Source: a virus (taxonomy: Duplodnaviria; Heunggongvirae; Uroviricota; Caudoviricetes). From it: DNA of 51,083 nucleotides. The notes below the pieces were generated by a model. The model made no database searches. It was not told the DNA's origin and worked only from the letters and a program-made list of their open reading frames with translations. Made by a program: the position numbers and the translations under genes. The stretch is taken from IMG/VR virus record IMGVR_UViG_2541047841_000011; one strand, given 5' to 3'. Positions 35,891-47,265 of this stretch are shown piece by piece. Position 1 is the stretch's first letter, and the number at the start of each line of letters is the position of its first letter.

Positions 35891-36727
35891 TCAGAAGTCA
35901 GCCAGTTGATCGGAGGCTGCGCCCGTTGCGGTGAACCGGTTCTGCGGATCGCCGTCCTGCGTGCGCAGTTTTTCCTTCAGTGCTGTCAGCTCTGTGGTCA
36001 GTAAAGTGATTTTCTGGCTGTCCTGCTGATGGCGGGTTTCCAGCGCATTAAAACGGTCGATAATGTCGGCCTGTGACGTTGCGACACCTTCCACCGCTTC
36101 CTGAATACGGGAGAAACTGGCGTCATCCGCTTTGCGGCCACGGCCAATAATCCCCATAACGCGGTTAAACCACTGGGTGCCTTCTTCCTGACGTTGTTCG
36201 GTGAGTTCGATAAGTTCTGACTCCATAGCGGCGGTAAACATCGCCACGTCTCCCTGCTGACAGTTGAATGTCATCAGTTGCATACGTTGTTGTGCCGCAA
36301 AGGCCAGACGTTCCGTGCCCAGGCTGGCAGGGGTGTCGGTCATTGCCAGCCCGCGCAGGTAAGGGCCTCCCGTGATGGTTGACTGTGGTTCCAGCTCAAT
36401 ACTGGAGTAAATTTTTTTACCATCGTTAAGCAGGGACATCATGCGAGCGGTCGGCTCAATTTCGGCATACAGTGCCGTGCGGCCTGCCAGCGGGCCATCG
36501 GTTATGTCTTCGGTGCTCAACCCCACAACATCGCCCATAGCGGAAAACTCGCTACCGGGGAGTGGTGACAGGATGTGCTCAATATTCACACGTGCACCAT
36601 AAACGGACGGGTTATAACTGGTGGCGGCAGCTTTCAGCATGTCGCCGTTGATTTCGCGCCCGTCTGCCGTTACACCGGAGACAGCCACGCGAAACTTTTT
36701 GCGGGATGTCTTTTTTTCATTAGCCAT
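35891..36727 (-). CDS. O: Capsid scaffolding protein (gpO-like), mirror copy
   Basis: Exact inverted copy of 14357..15193. Confidence 0.85.
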   Translation of the reverse strand: MANEKKTSRKKFRVAVSGVTADGREINGDMLKAAATSYNPSVYGARVNIEHILSPLPGSEFSAMGDVVGLSTEDITDGPLAGRTALYAEIEPTARMMSLLNDGKKIYSSIELEPQSTITGGPYLRGLAMTDTPASLGTERLAFAAQQRMQLMTFNCQQGDVAMFTAAMESELIELTEQRQEEGTQWFNRVMGIIGRGRKADDASFSRIQEAVEGVATSQADIIDRFNALETRHQQDSQKITLLTTELTALKEKLRTQDGDPQNRFTATGAASDQLADF

Positions 36728-36881
36728 AGTTTTTGCCCCTCTGACTGGTTCTTCAGTCATGATGGCAAAGCGTAACAGGCTGATACAAAGGGCTTTTGTT
36801 GTAAGAAAACGGCCAGAACAGGGGGTTAAGGAGAACAGTTTCGCGCGCGGGTAATCTTCCTGTAATTACTCAGGGGGAGCA

Positions 36882-38633
36882 ATGATTCAGGACGCTTTTG
36901 TGCGCCAGCGTGCGCGGCAACTTTACTGGCAGGGTTATCCGCCCGCAGAAATATCACGTCTGATGGGAATAAACCCGAACACGATTTATGCGTGGAAAAA
37001 ACGCGACCAGTGGGATGAAACGCCACCCGTGCAGCGTGTCACGCAGTCCATCGATGCGCGCCTCATCCAGCTCACTGAAAAACAGAATAAAACAGGTGGT
37101 GACTTCAAGGAAATAGACCTGCTGACCCGGCAGCTTAAAAAACTGCATGATGGCCAGCCGGATGCGACGGCCACAGGAAAGAAAGGCCGGGCGAAAAAGC
37201 TTAAAAATCATTTCACGCCGGAACAGATTGCCGCACTGCGGGAAAAAATCATCAGCAGGCTGGAGTGGCATCAGCGGGGCTGGTTTGACTCCCTGACCCT
37301 TTGCAGGGAAGCAGGGATACGTAACAGGATGATCCTGAAATCCCGACAGATTGGGGCGACCTGGTATTTTGCACAGGAAGCGCTGCTGATGGCGCTGCGT
37401 GACGATGTGGCGCAACCTTACCAGCGTAACCAGATTTTTTTGTCTGCGTCGCGTCGTCAGGCGTTCCAGTTTAAAAGCATTATTCAGAAGGCCGCGGCTG
37501 AAGTTGATGTGGAGCTGAAAGGGGGCGATAAAATCATCCTCTCCAACGGCGCAGAGCTGCATTTTCTCGGCACTTCTGCTGCGTCGGCACAGTCCTATAC
37601 GGGCAATTTTTATTTTGATGAATTTTTCTGGGTCAGTCGCTTTGCTGAACTGCGCAAGGTGGCTGGCGCTATGGCAACCCTCAGCGGACTGCGGCGCACC
37701 TACTTCTCCACGCCATCCACCGAAATGCACGAGGCATACGCCTACTGGAACGGCGACCGCTGGAACGAGAAAAAGGTCACGCATAAACGCCAGCGTTTTT
37801 CTGTGGACTGGAAAGCGCTGCATAACGGGCTTATCTGCCCTGACCGGACGTGGCGGCAAATTGTCACGCTGGAAGATGTGGTTAATCACGGCTGGGAACA
37901 CACCGATATCGACGAAATTCGTGATGAAAACACCGAAGACGAGTTCCTCAATCTCTATATGTGTGAGTTTGTCCGCGAAGGGGAATCGGCATTTAACCTG
38001 AATATCCTGATTGGCTGCGGTGTTGACGGATACGACGACTGGAAAGACTGGAAACCTTTTGCTCCCCGCCCGATGGGGAATCGTCCGGTATGGATTGGGT
38101 ATGACGCAAACGGCAGCAGTGGCAACGGCGACAGCGGCGCTGTGTCCGTGGTGGTTCCTCCGTCTGTTCCTGGTGGCCGTTTTCGAACGGTAGAGACGCG
38201 ACGCGTTCAGGGGCTGGAGTTTGAAGAACAGGCCAGAGTCATTGAAGAGTTCACGTGTCGCTACAACGTGGAACACATCGGCATTGATGTGACGGGCGGG
38301 AACGGGGAGGCTGTTTATCAGATAGTGAAACGGTTTTTCCCTGCCGCTATTCCGTACACCTTCACGCTGTCATCAAAACGGTCGCTGGTACTGAAAATGC
38401 TGCAAATAATGCGTGCCGGGCGGTGGGAATACGATCGCGCCGAACGCGAGCTGGTCGCGGCCTTTAACGCCGTGCGTAAGGTGAAAACACCGGGCGGCTT
38501 TATCACTTACGAAACGGACCGCGCGAGGGGGATCAGCCACGGCGACCTTGCGTGGGCAACCATGCTTGCTGTCATTAACGAACCAATTGGCGGCGAAGGA
38601 GAAAACGAGCGTTTCACGGTTATGGAGTTCTGA
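36882..38633 (+). CDS. P: Terminase large subunit (gpP-like), mirror copy
   Basis: Exact inverted copy of 12451..14202. Confidence 0.93.
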   Translation: MIQDAFVRQRARQLYWQGYPPAEISRLMGINPNTIYAWKKRDQWDETPPVQRVTQSIDARLIQLTEKQNKTGGDFKEIDLLTRQLKKLHDGQPDATATGKKGRAKKLKNHFTPEQIAALREKIISRLEWHQRGWFDSLTLCREAGIRNRMILKSRQIGATWYFAQEALLMALRDDVAQPYQRNQIFLSASRRQAFQFKSIIQKAAAEVDVELKGGDKIILSNGAELHFLGTSAASAQSYTGNFYFDEFFWVSRFAELRKVAGAMATLSGLRRTYFSTPSTEMHEAYAYWNGDRWNEKKVTHKRQRFSVDWKALHNGLICPDRTWRQIVTLEDVVNHGWEHTDIDEIRDENTEDEFLNLYMCEFVREGESAFNLNILIGCGVDGYDDWKDWKPFAPRPMGNRPVWIGYDANGSSGNGDSGAVSVVVPPSVPGGRFRTVETRRVQGLEFEEQARVIEEFTCRYNVEHIGIDVTGGNGEAVYQIVKRFFPAAIPYTFTLSSKRSLVLKMLQIMRAGRWEYDRAERELVAAFNAVRKVKTPGGFITYETDRARGISHGDLAWATMLAVINEPIGGEGENERFTVMEF

Positions 38634-39679
38634 TGAGCAGAAAAAATAAAAAAGTGCGCATGAGTTCACGCATTGATCTCGCTGATGCGCTCAGGAAAGA
38701 ATCATCGCTCAGTGCATTCACATTTGATGGTCCTTATCGCCTGACCGGGCATGACCTGCTGGACAATATGTACTGTGCTGATAACGGGCGGTGGTATGAA
38801 ACCCCGGTGGACTGGTACGGTCTGGCAAGAGCTGCCCGGCAAACGTCCTGGCATCAGTCTGCGCTTTACTTTAAGCGCAATGTATTACTCGGTTGCTACA
38901 TCCCGCACCCGTTGCTTTCCCGGCAGGATTTCTCGGCGCTGGCGCTGGACTGGTTTGTGTTCGGTAACGCATTCCTTGAGCTTCGAAGCAATATGCTCGG
39001 CGAACCGCTTAAATTACGGCACGCCCTGGCGAAATACATGCGACGCGGAAGCGATCTTGAATCATGGTGGTATGTGCAGGATGGCAAGGACGCGTTTCAG
39101 TTTCGCCCTGGCAAAGTGTGCCACCTGATGAATCCTGACATTAACCAGGAAATCTACGGCATGCCGGAATATCTCGGCGCATTACTCTCGGCCAGCCTGT
39201 CTCATTCGGCGGACATGTTCAGAAAACTGTATTACGACAACGGATCCCACGCCGGGTGCATCATCTACATCGGTGCAGCGCAGGTAAACCGCGAAAGCAT
39301 GGACTCCCTGAAAGAAACGCTACAGGGTGCGCGTGGTGGTGGTGCGTTTAAAAACGTGCTCATTCATGCGCCCAACGGTGGCAAAGAGGGGGTGCAAATT
39401 TTGCCGTTCCAGCAGATCACCGCAAAGGATGAGTTCATGAATGTTAAGGTGGCATCCCGTGATGATGTGCTGGCTGCGCACCGCGTTCCGCCGCAACTGA
39501 TGGGGGCGATGCCAGGCGAAAAAAGTGCGTTTGGTGATGTGGAGAAGGCCGCGCGGGTTTACGCAATTAACGAGCTGATGCCCGTCATGGAGGCCATGAA
39601 GCACATCAATGACTGGCTTGGCGAAGAGGTGATTCGCTTTAACCCTTACGCACTGTTAGACACCCAGCCCACATCCTGA
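38633..39679 (+). CDS. Q: Portal protein (gpQ-like), mirror copy
   Basis: Exact inverted copy of 11405..12451. Confidence 0.88.
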   Translation: MSRKNKKVRMSSRIDLADALRKESSLSAFTFDGPYRLTGHDLLDNMYCADNGRWYETPVDWYGLARAARQTSWHQSALYFKRNVLLGCYIPHPLLSRQDFSALALDWFVFGNAFLELRSNMLGEPLKLRHALAKYMRRGSDLESWWYVQDGKDAFQFRPGKVCHLMNPDINQEIYGMPEYLGALLSASLSHSADMFRKLYYDNGSHAGCIIYIGAAQVNRESMDSLKETLQGARGGGAFKNVLIHAPNGGKEGVQILPFQQITAKDEFMNVKVASRDDVLAAHRVPPQLMGAMPGEKSAFGDVEKAARVYAINELMPVMEAMKHINDWLGEEVIRFNPYALLDTQPTS

Positions 39680-40327
39680 CGCGCTTCGCTTGTCTGCTGC
39701 TTCGGCGGGGCATAAAAAATTTATGCCCCGACTCTCCAGCTCCTGTATCAATCAGATAATTTCACGACGCTTTCCTGTTTATTACCATCATCGACGGTCA
39801 GACTCTTACGCAATCCCACCGCGCTGACTGCATGTTCTCACCGCCTCAGTGCGATTTTGACGGCCTTACCTTTCACCCCATCAAATCAAAAGCCCTCACA
39901 TCTTTTTCACGCTCAGCGTGAGAAATATGGCCATTCTGTTATGTCGCTGCGACATCGCTCAGGGAATACTATTTACCCCCTGAAACGCGGGCTGTTCCCC
40001 CGTCACCTGCGCGCAGAAAAAGCGCGTTTTTTTGTGCACGCACGGATCCTTGACGGATCCAGCCGCCATGCGGGCCGGAAGGGTAAAAAGTCGTTCAAAA
40101 AAATTGTGCAAATTTGTGCACTTTTGTGCAGGTAAGCATGCCTATATATTTGACCGTGGCTTGCCTTTGATGTAGTTTATACGTCACAAAAACCACAAAA
40201 CGTGGTTATGATTTCTATGAGGGGGTTGATATGAATAAAATGTATGATGAATTTGATGGTTTCTAAGCTACGTTGACCTCTAATGAGGCGGGGATTTGCT
40301 CCCCGCCTTTTTTATGGATGAAATAGG

Positions 40328-40825
40328 ATGAACCCAATAACACTACAAATCATCAGCAATACTATTGTTCTGCTTGGCGTTTTGGTTGCCATTGGAACCA
40401 TTATCTACAATGTGCGTACCGCAAAAAAAACTCAAACGGCCAACTTTCTTTTTGAGAGTCGGCAAGATATGCAATATATAGAGTCATTGCATACCCTGAA
40501 ACAAGTGCATCGTTCAGGCAAATCATTTCGTTCTTATGTTTTTCCTTGTGATGGTTGCATAATAACAGATGAAGAAATGGCCGAGCGCCGAAAATTTCAA
40601 TATATTTTAAATTTTTACGAGCGAGTTGCTGTAAGTATTCGTGAAGGTATTTATGATGAAAAAATGATAAAAAGAACATCTTACACAACAGTTGTAGAGA
40701 CATATGATATTGCCGAGCCATTAATTAAAGCAATCAGAGAAAGCATTAATTCGGATACTACATATCAAGAATTCGAATGGTTAGTAAGAAGATGGAAAGC
40801 TAATCCTTTACGGAAAAACAAATAA
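40328..40825 (+). CDS. Single-pass membrane protein (165 aa), low-GC cargo, mirror copy
   Basis: Exact inverted copy of 10259..10756. Confidence 0.7.
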   Translation: MNPITLQIISNTIVLLGVLVAIGTIIYNVRTAKKTQTANFLFESRQDMQYIESLHTLKQVHRSGKSFRSYVFPCDGCIITDEEMAERRKFQYILNFYERVAVSIREGIYDEKMIKRTSYTTVVETYDIAEPLIKAIRESINSDTTYQEFEWLVRRWKANPLRKNK

Positions 40826-40864
40826 TGTTTTACCCTTTAATTTACAAGTAACACAGGGGGAAGT

Positions 40865-41707
40865 GTGACACAGAATCCGTTTTCATTTTATGACTTTTTG
40901 GGCTATCTAATTCCAGGTGGGTTATTCCTGTTTATCCTTTTTTTGTTTTCTATTGAAATTAACCCTGTTTATATAGAAGGTATTCTTAACCATATCCTGA
41001 AATATAAAGAAATAATAAGTGTATTTATATATGTGGTATTAATCGTTCTATCATATATTTCAGGTCACTTCATATCTATTCTATCATCCTGTTTAATTGA
41101 AAAATACATGAACAGTAAACTTGGGTATCCTTCAATTTATCTGTTTTCTAAAAGAAGCTCCCTGAAAATAAAACGACATAATACTAAGTTCAGTATAGTT
41201 AATTTTATTCGTGGAGTTTTTTTATTTCCTGTATCAGCTTTTGATAAAGCAGAACATCATAAAACCACACTGCATTCTATACTTATTAAAGTCTTTTGGC
41301 CGCAAATACGAGATGGTTATATAAATGTTTTTTCTGTATCTACGCTATATCGACGTAAGGGCTTGAGGGGCGATCTTTTTCGCCTTGCTTATCATTATGT
41401 GTATGAACATTCTAAAAATCATCAGGTGAAAATGCAAAACTATGTTGCTTTGTATGGTTTTTGTAGAAACATTACATTTGTTTTTCTCGCTTCAGTCTGG
41501 TTGCTTATGTTCCTGCTCCTTCTATCCTTTTTAATAGATATAAATATCAGACTGTTACCTTTTTGTTTTCTTCTCTTGTTTTGTATTGCTGCATCCCGAG
41601 TATTTTATTATGGTTTTGTTAAGTATTATCGCCGCTATTCTCTTGAGGTTTTAATGGCATTTGCGGTACTTCAGCACGATAAAAAAACTTCGGCAATTTC
41701 ATCATGA
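40865..41707 (+). CDS. Polytopic membrane protein (280 aa), low-GC cargo, mirror copy
   Basis: Exact inverted copy of 9377..10219. Confidence 0.7.
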   Translation: MTQNPFSFYDFLGYLIPGGLFLFILFLFSIEINPVYIEGILNHILKYKEIISVFIYVVLIVLSYISGHFISILSSCLIEKYMNSKLGYPSIYLFSKRSSLKIKRHNTKFSIVNFIRGVFLFPVSAFDKAEHHKTTLHSILIKVFWPQIRDGYINVFSVSTLYRRKGLRGDLFRLAYHYVYEHSKNHQVKMQNYVALYGFCRNITFVFLASVWLLMFLLLLSFLIDINIRLLPFCFLLLFCIAASRVFYYGFVKYYRRYSLEVLMAFAVLQHDKKTSAISS

Positions 41708-41790
41708 TTTGAAACATTGGCACCCTGTTAGCAAGGGTGCCAGAATGATGTGTTGGTCTGTATTTTATTAGTTCACATACAATTATCAGA

Positions 41791-42105
41791 TTATTCTGGG
41801 AATAAGGTCTGAATATTCTTTGCAATTTTATAAAAATTGCATTCAACTCCGCTAGGCTGATTATCCTGGTATGTTTCCTTGATGCTAACGGTATTGAAGG
41901 GGAGGTTGTCCTCTGGCCATTCGGCCATCCAGTAGGCAAATGCTGGGTTGCGCTTTATGAGCGCTAGCCCAGCCAGAAAGGCCGCGCGTTGCGCGCGGCT
42001 GCGTTCGGAGGCTGGCAGGCTATCGAGGTAATTGCACGCCTCCTGTTCACTCTTGACGGCGGCGGGCTTCAGATAGAAACTTATCCGTCTGGTTGGTGTC
42101 GTCAT
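41791..42105 (-). CDS. parR: ParR-like protein, mirror copy
   Basis: Exact inverted copy of 8979..9293. Confidence 0.68.
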   Translation of the reverse strand: MTTPTRRISFYLKPAAVKSEQEACNYLDSLPASERSRAQRAAFLAGLALIKRNPAFAYWMAEWPEDNLPFNTVSIKETYQDNQPSGVECNFYKIAKNIQTLFPE

Positions 42106-42109
42106 TGGT

Positions 42110-43069
42110 TTACTCCTTGTCCATTGCGTACAGCCCATTAACCAGAGCAAACTGTGGCACCCCGTCCGCGATGAAAGTCGCATTAACTCCGCAGACTTCG
42201 CGGATAGCGGGTGCCACAATCTCCGCCCCTCCACCGACAACCATCACCCGCCCGTAACCCGAAAAAACCGCCAGCGCGCGGATCACGCGTTGTTTCAGTG
42301 TTTCTTCCTTTTCACGAATAACCGCCATCAGGCTGGCGTAATGCGCGTCATTGTGGATGTGCTGGCGCAGCCAGGCTTCATCATGGCGATGTTCGATAAT
42401 GGTATTGGCGATGTGGTGACTGGTGCGCATACCGTTAGTGGCCATCACCGACAGTACGGCATCGGCCATCAGGGAAACGCCTACGTGTGGATCGCAAAAC
42501 ACCTGGCTGATACCTGCCAGTTGCCCTTGAACCTTTGCCACATCCAGCGTGGTTCCGCCTAAATCCACAATCAGCAGGGATTCAAACGGACTCATGTCAG
42601 CCAGTGCTTTAAAGCCAGCCGGAATGGATTCAGGCATAACCCGCACGTTACGGATAGTGAATGCTTCGCCGTTCTGGTACTCCACCGAGCGCATAACGTT
42701 CGCTTTTTTGCGGTTGATGTTGGCCATGTCCGGCTGTGCGTTTGTCTCGAAATACTCGCTCAGTGGCAGGGTGACAACCACATCCACCTCTTGTGGCGTG
42801 ATGCCTGATTTGACCAGCGCGTGATGAATGGCGATTACATTCACATCGCTGTACTGGTATTGCGTGTCGGTCGTCTGGACAAAGCGATCGCTGACCGGAT
42901 CAAAACCATAGCGCACGCCATCAAGCATGTAGTTCGCGGGCTGCATGCCACCGAACGGCGCAGACCATTCCGACTTGAAGCTGTTCGGGCTGATGGCGTT
43001 GCGGCGTTCGCCATTCTCAGTCCATGCCAGCTTGATGTTGGTGGAGCCGTCGTCGATACAAATTTTCAT
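42110..43069 (-). CDS. parM: ParM-like actin-fold ATPase, mirror copy
   Basis: Exact inverted copy of 8015..8974. Confidence 0.78.
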   Translation of the reverse strand: MKICIDDGSTNIKLAWTENGERRNAISPNSFKSEWSAPFGGMQPANYMLDGVRYGFDPVSDRFVQTTDTQYQYSDVNVIAIHHALVKSGITPQEVDVVVTLPLSEYFETNAQPDMANINRKKANVMRSVEYQNGEAFTIRNVRVMPESIPAGFKALADMSPFESLLIVDLGGTTLDVAKVQGQLAGISQVFCDPHVGVSLMADAVLSVMATNGMRTSHHIANTIIEHRHDEAWLRQHIHNDAHYASLMAVIREKEETLKQRVIRALAVFSGYGRVMVVGGGAEIVAPAIREVCGVNATFIADGVPQFALVNGLYAMDKE

Positions 43070-43145
43070 GTCGATTTTCCTTATGTTGGTTAATTAACCG
43101 TTTACGGGATTTTTAAATCCCGCTTTCGCCTGTTTTGTGCGCGCT

Positions 43146-45968
43146 TCATATATCGCGGCGCGTTTTTTGCTCATTTACGGGATTTGTGAATCCCGTTTCT
43201 GTCTGTTTTTTGTTTCCACTGGTCAGGCCAGTCCTCAGCAGGTTTGCTTTGCGGCGGGCGCGTTCAGTGGTTTCTCTGATTCTCTGTGCGTGCTCTGCGT
43301 CACGAATGGCGCGCAGCATGTCAGAAAGCACGGTAACGGGTGTTTTCATGGTGTTCTGGACCTGCTGAAGTGTGGATGCCAGGCGTGCGGCGGCTTCGGG
43401 GTCTGATGCCCCGAGCTGTGCCAGATAGCTGGAGACCGGGTTATGGCGGATCTCCGTGCTGCTTACGCCGTGATTACGGCTCAGGCGCTGCCAGAGCTGC
43501 GTGATTCGGCTGTCCGGGCGGGTATCCGGTTTGCGTACAATTTCAAATCCCTGCGGTGCAATGATGCTGCCGTCAACGTACAGACTGCCGCCCCGTAACA
43601 GGTGCTGCATCTGTTGTTCACCGATATGCAGGCCGAGAGATTCAGCAGACTCCCGCCATTCTTTAGCGAGTAATTCGTGGTTATCAGGCAAAGGCCGCTG
43701 CTGTTTGCGGCTCTGTGTCCAGCTCTGCATTTCATCGCTGCTGTTTTTTGCCTGTTTGTCACGAAGCGAACGCATCAGCGCCCGGCGTTCGTGTCGTTTC
43801 AGTGAGCGCATCCATTCGTTCACTTCAACGCCGTCAGGGAGCTGCGGCCACGGTGCTGGCCGTTCTTCCGGCTGTTCTGTCCCGTTGTTGTCCGTTTCCT
43901 GTACACGGGGACAGTTATTGCCACGAGTCCAAGGGGCGGCAGGGCCGCCCTGAAGGTCAAAACCATTTTCGCGGGCGCTGTCTTCCGTTTCCGGTTTACG
44001 TCTTACCAGTTTCCAGTTATCCGGATGCGTGCACACACGGGAGGATTCCCCGATGAGTGGTGACCAGATCCCGTAAATCTGTACGCTCTGTTCGCCGTAA
44101 TCATTCAGCTCATCTGCGAGGTCGTAGGCGGTGCGAATCAGGTAGTCTTTGCGTGGAACAAGTACGCCGCCCTGTTTTTCAATGTAGGTGGCAAAACACC
44201 CGGCATCGGCGGCAGCGAGTACCGCATCCATTGCGTCATCTTTCAGTCGTTGCGGGCCTTCCGGGTTGCGTGCCATCTGGCTGGCAAGGCGGCGCAGTTC
44301 ACGCCACACCTGACGGGAGGGGATGCCAAAGAACTGGAACTGGCGGACCCGATGAAGGCGCGCCCAGCCGATGGCGCGCTCCACACTCTCGGCCATTGAT
44401 TTTCCGGTTTCGTGGTCAACGCGTGGCTTGCCCGTTTTCGGGTCGATGCCATCCACGGCGCGGCTGTCCAGGTTCTTTCCGATGTAGGTCGCGATATAGC
44501 TGGTTGGTGTGCCTTTTGAGCCGTCGACATACTCCGCCTTAAAGCGCGGAGTAATATCATTGCCCAGCTCGTGGCGGTCTTCCTGAATGGCAATATCGCG
44601 GGTGATGGCCACGATGCTGTCGATTTCTTCCGGATGCGCAAAGACCATCATATGCCAGTGCACGGTGCCGTCATGGTGAGGCTCCACCGTGCGGATGCCA
44701 TACCAGCGAAGACCGTCGCGGTTCAGTTTTTTGCGGACCGCCGCAAAAAACGTGTTAACCAGGTAATCGCTGGAGTCGCGCATGGTGGCCCCGTTCCATT
44801 TGGGATTCGGATGACCGTTCTCTGTTGTGGCGTGGTATTTTGACGGGCAGGTGACAGTCAGAAACACCGCTTTGTCGCCACGGGCTTCGGCCAGAAGTTC
44901 CAGCCCCTTCATGGTGGCCATCATTTCTGCCTTACGGTGAACCGGGTTACTTACTCCCGCGTAATACACCGTCTCGAGATCAATCGTGAACCCGTCTTCA
45001 TTTTCCAGCATGAAACTTTTCAGGAAATCGCGTGTTTTCTCGCGCTGTGCGCGAAACTCGCTTAACGCGTCCTGGCTCAGATAGGGCGATGTTTTTCTGG
45101 AAACCAGACAGGCGGCGCGGAGTTGTTCTTCTCTCCACTCGCAACGTAACAGCCACAGTTTGCGTTTCCACCATTCTGCACAGGTCAGGCGAAGGATTGC
45201 GCCCGGCAGCAGCTCCGTGTCCGGTTCGTTCCTCCGGTCTTTGTCTGTTGTCAGTGCGTCATAATGTGGAGGCATGGCGTGCAGGTGTAACGCCATGCGG
45301 GCCAGCATCTGATACGCCTTCAGCGTTACATCCATGGTCAGTTCGCCATCGGTCGCGCCAAAGCCATCGCAGAGTTTTTCGAAGGTGCTGCTGAACATCG
45401 CCGCCGTCATGGTGGCCAGTGTCTGTATCTGGTGTTTGTTGAGCTGCGGCAGGTAAAGCAAATCGTCCAGGCGTTCGCGTCCGGCAAGGGAGCGATAACC
45501 CTGTGTCAGCCAGCGGTGATCGGTGCGATCCAGACGTTCGAATATTTTGCGCAGGTTTCCGCGCGCGTAGCGTTCAGCCTGCCAGCTCTTTTTGCCTTTC
45601 TGACGATCGGCTTCCTGTTTTTTGCGCAGGAAGGAGAGGTGGCGAATAAGCGGATCGCGCAGATAGGACGGCAGCAGGCGCAGCGAGGCCATGGCTTCAT
45701 CCACCGCGCCGCGTGCCTGTTTTCTGGCATCTCCTGCCAGTGTGATGGTTTTGTCCTGTTTTTCCTGTGCGTTCAGGCTTTTATTAATCAGGTTGCCCAG
45801 CGGCGTTGCGGAGAACGCCGCATCAGCCATTTCCTGGCGGTGCTCGTTCTCTACCCGGTAGGCATCCAGCCAGGAGGAAAGCGCGGATTCAGGAGCGGGG
45901 ATCCCCGTTCCTTCACGCCCCACTGCGTGGCGCGGTTGTTGCCAGCCCCTGATGTACTCTGCCGTCAT
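43146..45968 (-). CDS. A: Rolling-circle replication initiator gpA-like, mirror copy
   Basis: Exact inverted copy of 5116..7938. Confidence 0.88.
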   Translation of the reverse strand: MTAEYIRGWQQPRHAVGREGTGIPAPESALSSWLDAYRVENEHRQEMADAAFSATPLGNLINKSLNAQEKQDKTITLAGDARKQARGAVDEAMASLRLLPSYLRDPLIRHLSFLRKKQEADRQKGKKSWQAERYARGNLRKIFERLDRTDHRWLTQGYRSLAGRERLDDLLYLPQLNKHQIQTLATMTAAMFSSTFEKLCDGFGATDGELTMDVTLKAYQMLARMALHLHAMPPHYDALTTDKDRRNEPDTELLPGAILRLTCAEWWKRKLWLLRCEWREEQLRAACLVSRKTSPYLSQDALSEFRAQREKTRDFLKSFMLENEDGFTIDLETVYYAGVSNPVHRKAEMMATMKGLELLAEARGDKAVFLTVTCPSKYHATTENGHPNPKWNGATMRDSSDYLVNTFFAAVRKKLNRDGLRWYGIRTVEPHHDGTVHWHMMVFAHPEEIDSIVAITRDIAIQEDRHELGNDITPRFKAEYVDGSKGTPTSYIATYIGKNLDSRAVDGIDPKTGKPRVDHETGKSMAESVERAIGWARLHRVRQFQFFGIPSRQVWRELRRLASQMARNPEGPQRLKDDAMDAVLAAADAGCFATYIEKQGGVLVPRKDYLIRTAYDLADELNDYGEQSVQIYGIWSPLIGESSRVCTHPDNWKLVRRKPETEDSARENGFDLQGGPAAPWTRGNNCPRVQETDNNGTEQPEERPAPWPQLPDGVEVNEWMRSLKRHERRALMRSLRDKQAKNSSDEMQSWTQSRKQQRPLPDNHELLAKEWRESAESLGLHIGEQQMQHLLRGGSLYVDGSIIAPQGFEIVRKPDTRPDSRITQLWQRLSRNHGVSSTEIRHNPVSSYLAQLGASDPEAAARLASTLQQVQNTMKTPVTVLSDMLRAIRDAEHAQRIRETTERARRKANLLRTGLTSGNKKQTETGFTNPVNEQKTRRDI

Positions 45969-45974
45969 AGTGAT

Positions 45975-46340
45975 TTACTTCGTCATGCCATTCAGGGTGT
46001 CGCGGCAGACTGTAGCCAGCCGCTGAATTTCCAGCACGGTGTCTTCTGTGTCGGCATGGCGATGTGTGATGCGGATGCTGTCGGCAATCACATCGACGAT
46101 TGCAGAGGATGGGCGCTGGTAAATGCCAATAACGGACGGGGTGCCACCTTCAATGCGGTAAAGCCTGTAATTTCCCTCGTGGCTGTCAATCATGTAGCGA
46201 CCATCAATAACAATCTTTCCGTCAGCGAGCTGCGGTACAGGCAGGGATTTCAGGTACATGTCATAACGATCACGCACGCGAGCGGCAAGATCACGTTCTG
46301 TGTTGAGCAGGTATTCAAGAAAGTCGTTGGCGAGAATCAT
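45975..46340 (-). CDS. Hypothetical protein (121 aa), mirror copy
   Basis: Exact inverted copy of 4744..5109. Confidence 0.5.
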   Translation of the reverse strand: MILANDFLEYLLNTERDLAARVRDRYDMYLKSLPVPQLADGKIVIDGRYMIDSHEGNYRLYRIEGGTPSVIGIYQRPSSAIVDVIADSIRITHRHADTEDTVLEIQRLATVCRDTLNGMTK

Positions 46341-46412
46341 TGCGGCAATCCTCTTGTTACAGATGTGCGAAGGCCTCCCGCCGCAAGGTGCAGGAAAGGC
46401 CCGGAACAGGAG

Positions 46413-46643
46413 TTAATGGAGTTTGTTTTGCTGCTGGATGAGCTGTTGAAGCTCGTGCAGATCATCCGCCAGATAGCTGAAAACAGAGGCGGAATAAATG
46501 TTTGATAGTGCGTGGCTGCGCTCATGCAGCATATTGATGTGCATGATTTGCGCGACGCGTGATGCGCGGGAAAGTCTGCGGTTGATTTCAGTCTGGATGT
46601 GACGACGCTCCGCGATAGCGCGGTGTGGTTTGCGGTTTGCCAT
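46413..46643 (-). CDS. Hypothetical protein (76 aa), mirror copy
   Basis: Exact inverted copy of 4441..4671. Confidence 0.45.
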   Translation of the reverse strand: MANRKPHRAIAERRHIQTEINRRLSRASRVAQIMHINMLHERSHALSNIYSASVFSYLADDLHELQQLIQQQNKLH

Positions 46644-46965
46644 GGTGTGGCCCCTTGTGTAGTAAGTTGTGAAAACTCACCATCCAGAGCTGCGAAACTG
46701 TGGGTGGCGAGACGTACGAGGTTCGCAGTACCGGCTACACAAGAACCCGGCCCGACCGAAGTCGGCCCCGTACGCCCCGCCATAATTCTGACGCGAAAAA
46801 AACGTGGCAATACAGTACGCACAAAAAAAACGCTGGCGCGGTTGTGCGCTTGTGTAGTCAGCAGGCTGCGAAACCCGGCACCCGTTTTGTGAGGTGCAGC
46901 GGAAATGTAACCTGACTGATTGCGGCATGGCAAGCGGTTTTTTTGTGTGTGCATGTTCTGGTTTC

Positions 46966-47265
46966 TTAGTGGTTCAGAAAAAAATCAAAAACCTTGTCAA
47001 TGCGTTGCAGCAGCTCTTGCTGTATTGCTTCCGGCGTTTCCGGTTCGCCTGGCGCCTCCAACGTCGCGCAGAAATCCTCGATTTCATGACGGAGCGTCAG
47101 GCGAATGGCGAGAGGTGTGGTTCTGGCGTGCTCCAGCTCATCCAGCAGCGCCAGCACAGCAGACGGCGAGAGCATTGCGCGAAACGCCAGTAATTTTTGA
47201 GGCGTTGCCATTCGTTGCAGGTCAGTCGCCAGTTCGCGTAATTCCTGGTGGTTGATGGCGCTCAT
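46966..47265 (-). CDS. Hypothetical protein (99 aa), mirror copy
   Basis: Exact inverted copy of 3819..4118. Confidence 0.5.
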   Translation of the reverse strand: MSAINHQELRELATDLQRMATPQKLLAFRAMLSPSAVLALLDELEHARTTPLAIRLTLRHEIEDFCATLEAPGEPETPEAIQQELLQRIDKVFDFFLNH